Assembly: GCF_006345805.1 (NCBI RefSeq)
Contig: NC_043012.1
Span: 51,336,001-51,400,000, forward strand
Reading direction: 5' to 3'
DNA length: 64,000 bases
DNA from: Octopus sinensis
Lineage: Eukaryota
Shown here: piece by piece, positions 58,176 to 64,000 of the stretch
How positions within the stretch are numbered: position 1 is the first letter of the stretch
Layout: each line of letters begins with the position of its first letter
Translations under genes and position numbers: made by a program
Notes under the pieces: generated by a model
Told to the model about the DNA's origin: nothing
Databases searched by the model: none
Seen by the model: the letters and a program-made list of their open reading frames with translations, nothing else

Positions 58176-59040
58176 ATGCATTCTCCAGTTATATATATCT
58201 TGCGTTTTACTATCTCTCACTGTGCCCCATATTTTCTCTTCCTTTCCTTTTATTTCACATAACACTAAGTACAAAACGCTTTTATAAATATAAATAGAGT
58301 GATAAACTATTTCTTCGTCTTCTTAAATTATCTCTGATTTGATTTACCATTTATTAAGTTAGGCTCAGTTGCCTTTGCCAAAATTCTATTAGTAACAGTC
58401 TATGGTTTTGAAAGTATATTTTAGCCAGATTTCTAATCATATTTAGCAACAAACTCTCAAGACAAAATGCTCTGTAAAATTAACTGTCATTGCATTTCGT
58501 GACCCCCAATTCACCTCAACGCTTCTAAGACACCTGTCCGACACATTTTCATTTTCTTTCACATAATGATTATAAAGAAACGGTAAGTGATACAGACGGC
58601 AGGGTCGCGGGACTACACTGTACAGATCAAAACTCAACAACCTACTACACATACAATCAATTCTAAATTTGATATTATTATCAATATAATACGAAGTGCT
58701 TTCTATAAAAGACTTATTCATTCTGAACCTCCACATAGTTAGTGAAGGAAAGTGTTTATTTTCATAAAGAACTAATTTCTACAATAAAAGGACTAATTTG
58801 GGAAAGGAAGAGAAAGAAAAAGGAGGAAACATGAACTTTCTTCGTGTTTTTCCTCGAATGCACAGGGAATAGTTGTCAGTAATGAAATATAATGAACACA
58901 AACAATTTGCTAAGATACACTGATCGATAAAATTTGTGCCTTTGTTTTTGTTAATATCTACATATGCATACATACAAACAAAAGCATAAAAGTACACACA
59001 TCCATACATATACATATATCTATGCACGCACGGGCATATG

Positions 59041-59082
<42 letters not shown>

Positions 59083-60277
59083 TATATTCAAGGATATATA
59101 TACAACTCATATATATGTATATGTGCATGTATATATGTGTGCCTGTGTGTGTACATACACAAACATACGCATATATATATATATATATAAGACCAATTTT
59201 ATAATACGCGAACACGTCTCTTGGTATATAGACCGAAGAAACACGACCACACGTATATATAATATATATATAATATGTATATACAATTAAGAGTAACGTG
59301 TATGTGTGTATATAGCCTATGTGTGTCACTTAAAATATGCGTATGTATAAAATATTAAGATAATCAAATATCTTGAGTTGAGATGCTTGCTAGTGTGGTT
59401 TTGATACTCAAAATGCTAGCGTTGCACGGATGGTTCAAGTACCGTTGATAATAAATCTATAAAGGCTGACTGGTATCAACAAGAACAAATTATCATAGTG
59501 TGAGTGTGAATATACAAAAGATCTGAAGTTATAGACAAATTCTGCCTTTGACAATGTAAAATAAAAATGAAAACTGTATCAGAGCATGTCAAATTCACTA
59601 CGTGTATTTAGTTCGGATCTAAAGAACCGCATACTATAGAATTGAAATGCTCTACAACACCTGAAATAAATGTTATAAATTATAGTAATCTACATAAACG
59701 TGTAGTCATTCAACTGCTTGTTCTGTAAAAAGAAAAAATAATCAACATAAACAGACCCGAGACAAATATGTTGTCATTAAACGTGAATTCTACGATAAAA
59801 CTTTATCGAATAAATGCTATGCCATAGATGTTCACGACGTTGAGTAGTGGAAATAAATTTGGATTTTAAGCGACTGCTTCATTTAGGACGATGCATGTAT
59901 ACGTCACTAAAAATTTTAAAAGTCTTCAAAATTTTAAATGACATATATATATATATATCCCAAATTTTATTTAATTTGCTTTGCGGGAAGGATTGTTGTA
60001 TGAAGTCGCGTCTTGTCCTTACCTTCGAACTGCGGAGTAGATGAAACAGGGAAAACTGAAGAAGGGGAATATTCCTTGTGTTGTATATCTTCTACTCTGT
60101 TTTTTCGTTGTTTGAAAACAAAGTCCGTTTCCATGTTTTTGTTTTTATGGTTTCCTTTCACACTGTGTTCGACGGTTTTTTTAGGGGGGAGGGTTACTGT
60201 ACCCATATATGCATGTATATAGACATATGGATGTAGGTATATACATATATGTATATATATATGCATATGTTTATATA

Positions 60278-60315
<38 letters not shown>

Positions 60316-60330
60316 ATATATATATATATA

Positions 60331-60422
60331 TATTATATAGAAGGAGCTTCTACAGGACTAGTACTGTTTCATTCAGGAGAAATCTTCAGTACTAGTCCTG
60401 TAGAAGCTCCTTCTATATAATA
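60331..60422. repeat. Perfect 36-bp inverted repeat with a 20-nt spacer
   Basis: 60331-60366 is the exact reverse complement of 60387-60422. Confidence 0.97.
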
Positions 60423-60491
60423 AATTAATTTTACTCTGCTATGTATTGAGTACCTTACTTACTGTGGTTAACCCCGGATCAACCCGGGACC

Positions 60492-60542
<51 letters not shown>

Positions 60543-63453
60543 ATATATACATATATATTATTCAAAGAAATACCAACTTTGATTTTCACGTTTTATTTAC
60601 ATTCTTATAATATAATATAAGATTATATAATATAATAAAATGACAGAATATTAAATTTCCATGCTCAATGAACTAGTACTTTCATGCATTAAACTATGCA
60701 ATCTTGAGGTTCATGTAGTAGCGGTAATAGATAAGTTTTACAATTTACAACTGTAGTGAGAAAGCTAAACTGTGTCTCAGATATAGGCTCCAGAATGTTA
60801 ATATTTGCAAACTGTATTCTGACCAATCAGAGTGTGGGTTTACTAAATTACTTCAGTTGAAGGTATTTTGTTTAGGCGTCACGGTTTGTTGAACATGTCA
60901 ATATACCTATTTTGAACCTGGCCAAAGCATAAATTGTTGAGCTATTTTTAGATTTTTACATTTCAATCATCATCATTACTATTAACAACTCCTCTGTTAT
61001 TGCTGTCGTTGTTAGTGGTGCTGCTGTTGTTTTTAGTGGTGATGTTGGCGGTGGTGGTGGTGGCGGTGGTGGTGGTGGTAGGTGTAGCTGTGGTAATAAA
61101 CTTTAAACCCCAAACTAAGATTATTTTTACTGACTTTCATATTAGTCATCTTAGTGATGTTACGGTGGACGTGTACGGTACTTGCTGGCTGTGGTGGTGC
61201 TGGTGTTGGTAGTTTTCGTAGATTCTTCATTTTATTTAAAACACAGTTCTTACGCTTCCCCCATTACAATGCATGTACGGCCGAGTTATGACCTCATATT
61301 TGAGTTTGCGCTAAAATTGGAAGAAAATATTTAGAAACAAATTGAGAGTTAAAGATTTAATTGTCTCACATTTTCGAAAGGTATATATTGTTTGATACCT
61401 AGCGTACCAGGACAGACGAAGTGGAATAGTGTACAAACAGTTGTTTTAAAGTACTTGAATCTGCCGTAGACTATAGATTTTGTTACAATAGCATTATGTA
61501 CGATTAATAGGTTGCTCATTTGTGTATATTAGCCCACAGCCACAATACACTAGAATACACGCACGAAATATCAATAGGATGGATCGAAATCTTTACACCA
61601 CAATTGTGAGGCCAATATCATGAAAATCAGGCAAATTTAAATACACTAACAGTAATATCTTAGCAAATTTCTCAGAAATGTTAGCGATAATTACGTTTGA
61701 GTTAACATACGGCATATATCCTATTATGTTACCATTTATCATGAACGCAGTCAGCACTAAATTTATGAATAATTACAAGTGGTAACTGGTAATTACATAT
61801 ATTCCCACATACATACTTACTTGTACACCATGACACATATGAATGGATGGGCCTCCGTCAATTTCAGCGATGATAAGGAAGCTGGATCAACTGAATTATC
61901 TCCCAAGTGAATAGCGCATAAATCCATGCGCATTCTGTACACAATTTGCATTTAGGTACTATCAGTGTGACACAGTACGTAAAAAGCCTGTATCTTTGAA
62001 CATTTTGAGTGTTTGTTTGTGAGTGTGTGTATGCGTGCATGTGTATTTATATGTGTGTCCCTATGTGTGTGTGTGCGTTTGTTTGTATGTGTGTATGTGC
62101 GTGCGTACTTGAAAGCCCCTTTTATGCAAAAATATTCATTTCACAGGTTTACCGTTAACTGATTGCCGAACAGCAAACAGCACTCATGGCACACTTTCTT
62201 ACCTGTTATATGAAATCGCTATAAGGAAAATGTGGTGCAACTCAATAATATCACCGTCCATTTAAAAGTCCAAGAAGAAAACTCTGCATAACTCAATTGT
62301 ATGATATTGGGCATCCTAACACAAAAACACAAACCAACGCATGCTATATATATCTAAAAACGTATGTGTATATATCTCTGTGTGTGCGCGTGTGTTTATG
62401 TGTGTGTACGTATTTATGAGTTCATATCTATACATATATAAATATATTGGGAAATATTTGGGCTCCCTGTCAATTCTAAAGAACAATAAAATGAGTGAAA
62501 TCGTCTTAGATGTTAAAATGTATTAAATTACAGATTAACAAACTCATTAATTACAACTTTTTAGCTGAACAGAAATTATAGTCAATAGTAAATATATTAT
62601 GTAAATACGTTCAGCAAAATTTAGATTCAAATGAATATGGTACTTAAGTTAGATGCACCAAAATTTTGTACGGTGTTATCCATATAAATCCCTGGGGTGA
62701 TTATAATCAAAATAAGCAACAAGAATATCTTCGGTAATTTGGTACGATCGTTTCACGCTACATCATTTTATTAAACATTGTATTACAACAGTTTTAAAAT
62801 GTTGAGCAATAAATACATATATATTTATGTAAATATATATGTATGCATATATCACTGGCAATCTGTAGATTACGACGATGGGATTTCCAGTTGATCAGAC
62901 TAAAGTCGAACAGCCATACTGCTTCTCAGGATATTTACTACTTCCACCTATTAATATCATTATCATCATTATTGTTATTCATATTTTTATCTTAATTATT
63001 ATCTAAAGCAGTGTGTGCGTGTATGTATTCAAAGATACATCACTTTATATCTGTTTCATTTGAATCCTATCTCATCAATCTTGATATATTATGCAATGAT
63101 ATATGCAGCTATTGATACTTGAGGTGTCATTAAAATGACTCTTCGGACTCGTCAGAATTGTGTATAAAATTAATGTGCTGTAGAAACTTGAATCATCAGT
63201 AATTTATGCATATACTGAGTTGCACGATATATGCAAAATATGTTGTGAATCGAATTCAGATGAAATAAAAATCTTACTCACTCCATTCGTATTGTGTGTC
63301 ATTGTAAAAGTTCAACGGATGTTTGTGGTTTCAGATATTTCATAATATAGACTATATCGGGAGTATTGTGTCTGAAAGCATGCACCCGTGAATGAGCTTA
63401 ATAGAGTAAACTGGTGTGTTAATACGAGATTGAAATTATTATAGCATACATAA

Positions 63454-63492
<39 letters not shown>

Positions 63493-64000
63493 CATATATA
63501 TACATGCACGCGCACACAAATACACATATGTATATCTATTTATCCAGATATATGTATATATATATATATATACATATTTATACGTATGTGTGTGTTTATT
63601 TAGAGCAGTTTATGCATCGCATGAACAATAGCAAAATGCGGCAAAGTTTCAGTAACCCACCTACAGGATCTAGCGAACATTTATCTCTAAATACCAAGGA
63701 CAGCCAACACGGTAGCAACGCCAGTAAATGGAGTCAGGACTGTCTTACATACAGATAAATACGATAAATTTTCATGCAGACAAAAATCGAAATGTCCTTT
63801 GATGAACCTCTGTATGAGTACAAATCTTGTATATAAATGTACTCGGCACACAAGTGGGGTGGGGCTATAACTCCTATACACATATAAATATACTTTCGTA
63901 CATTATGGCAGACTGCTGATTCATTTAAGAATCGTTATCGTAACCATGTTACCAGCTTTAAGTCTATCAATAATTGACAGATTTTGTATGGCGACAGAAG

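Noticed and set aside
58443-58736. Cadherin-like words (TVSDTDG) and a 97-aa minus ORF
   Set aside because: No intact cadherin motifs (DxNDN, LDRE); the plus frames are closed by nearby stops and the minus ORF matches nothing I recognise.

Overview
AT-rich, repeat-dense eukaryotic DNA that looks intronic or intergenic. The SINE and mariner-MITE families closely resemble ones I recall from Octopus genomes, so a coleoid cephalopod origin is an inference, not a database result. I could not identify any intact host gene, rRNA, true tRNA or CRISPR array. Nearly all ORFs in the track are translations of (TA)n, (CA)n and (AAT)n microsatellites or of decayed transposons. Recognisable content: several tRNA-headed SINE families; a 2.9-kb decayed RTE/BovB-like LINE and smaller RTE, L1/Tx1-like and CR1/L2-like relics; two R4/Dong-like 3' ends set in (AAT)n arrays; a 540-bp (AAT)n-associated element in four copies; mariner relics and MITEs; a FLYWCH/Mutator-like 5' end; and Penelope-like (PLE) material including a GIY-YIG domain. 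The most interesting signal is six or seven hammerhead-ribozyme-like folds in unrelated sequence contexts. Most lie in inverted repeats or fold-backs, and several share an extra A after the CUGANGA box. All folds were read by eye and most copies carry core mutations. A few islands with good splice signals and an open frame may be exons of an unidentified gene, but support is weak.
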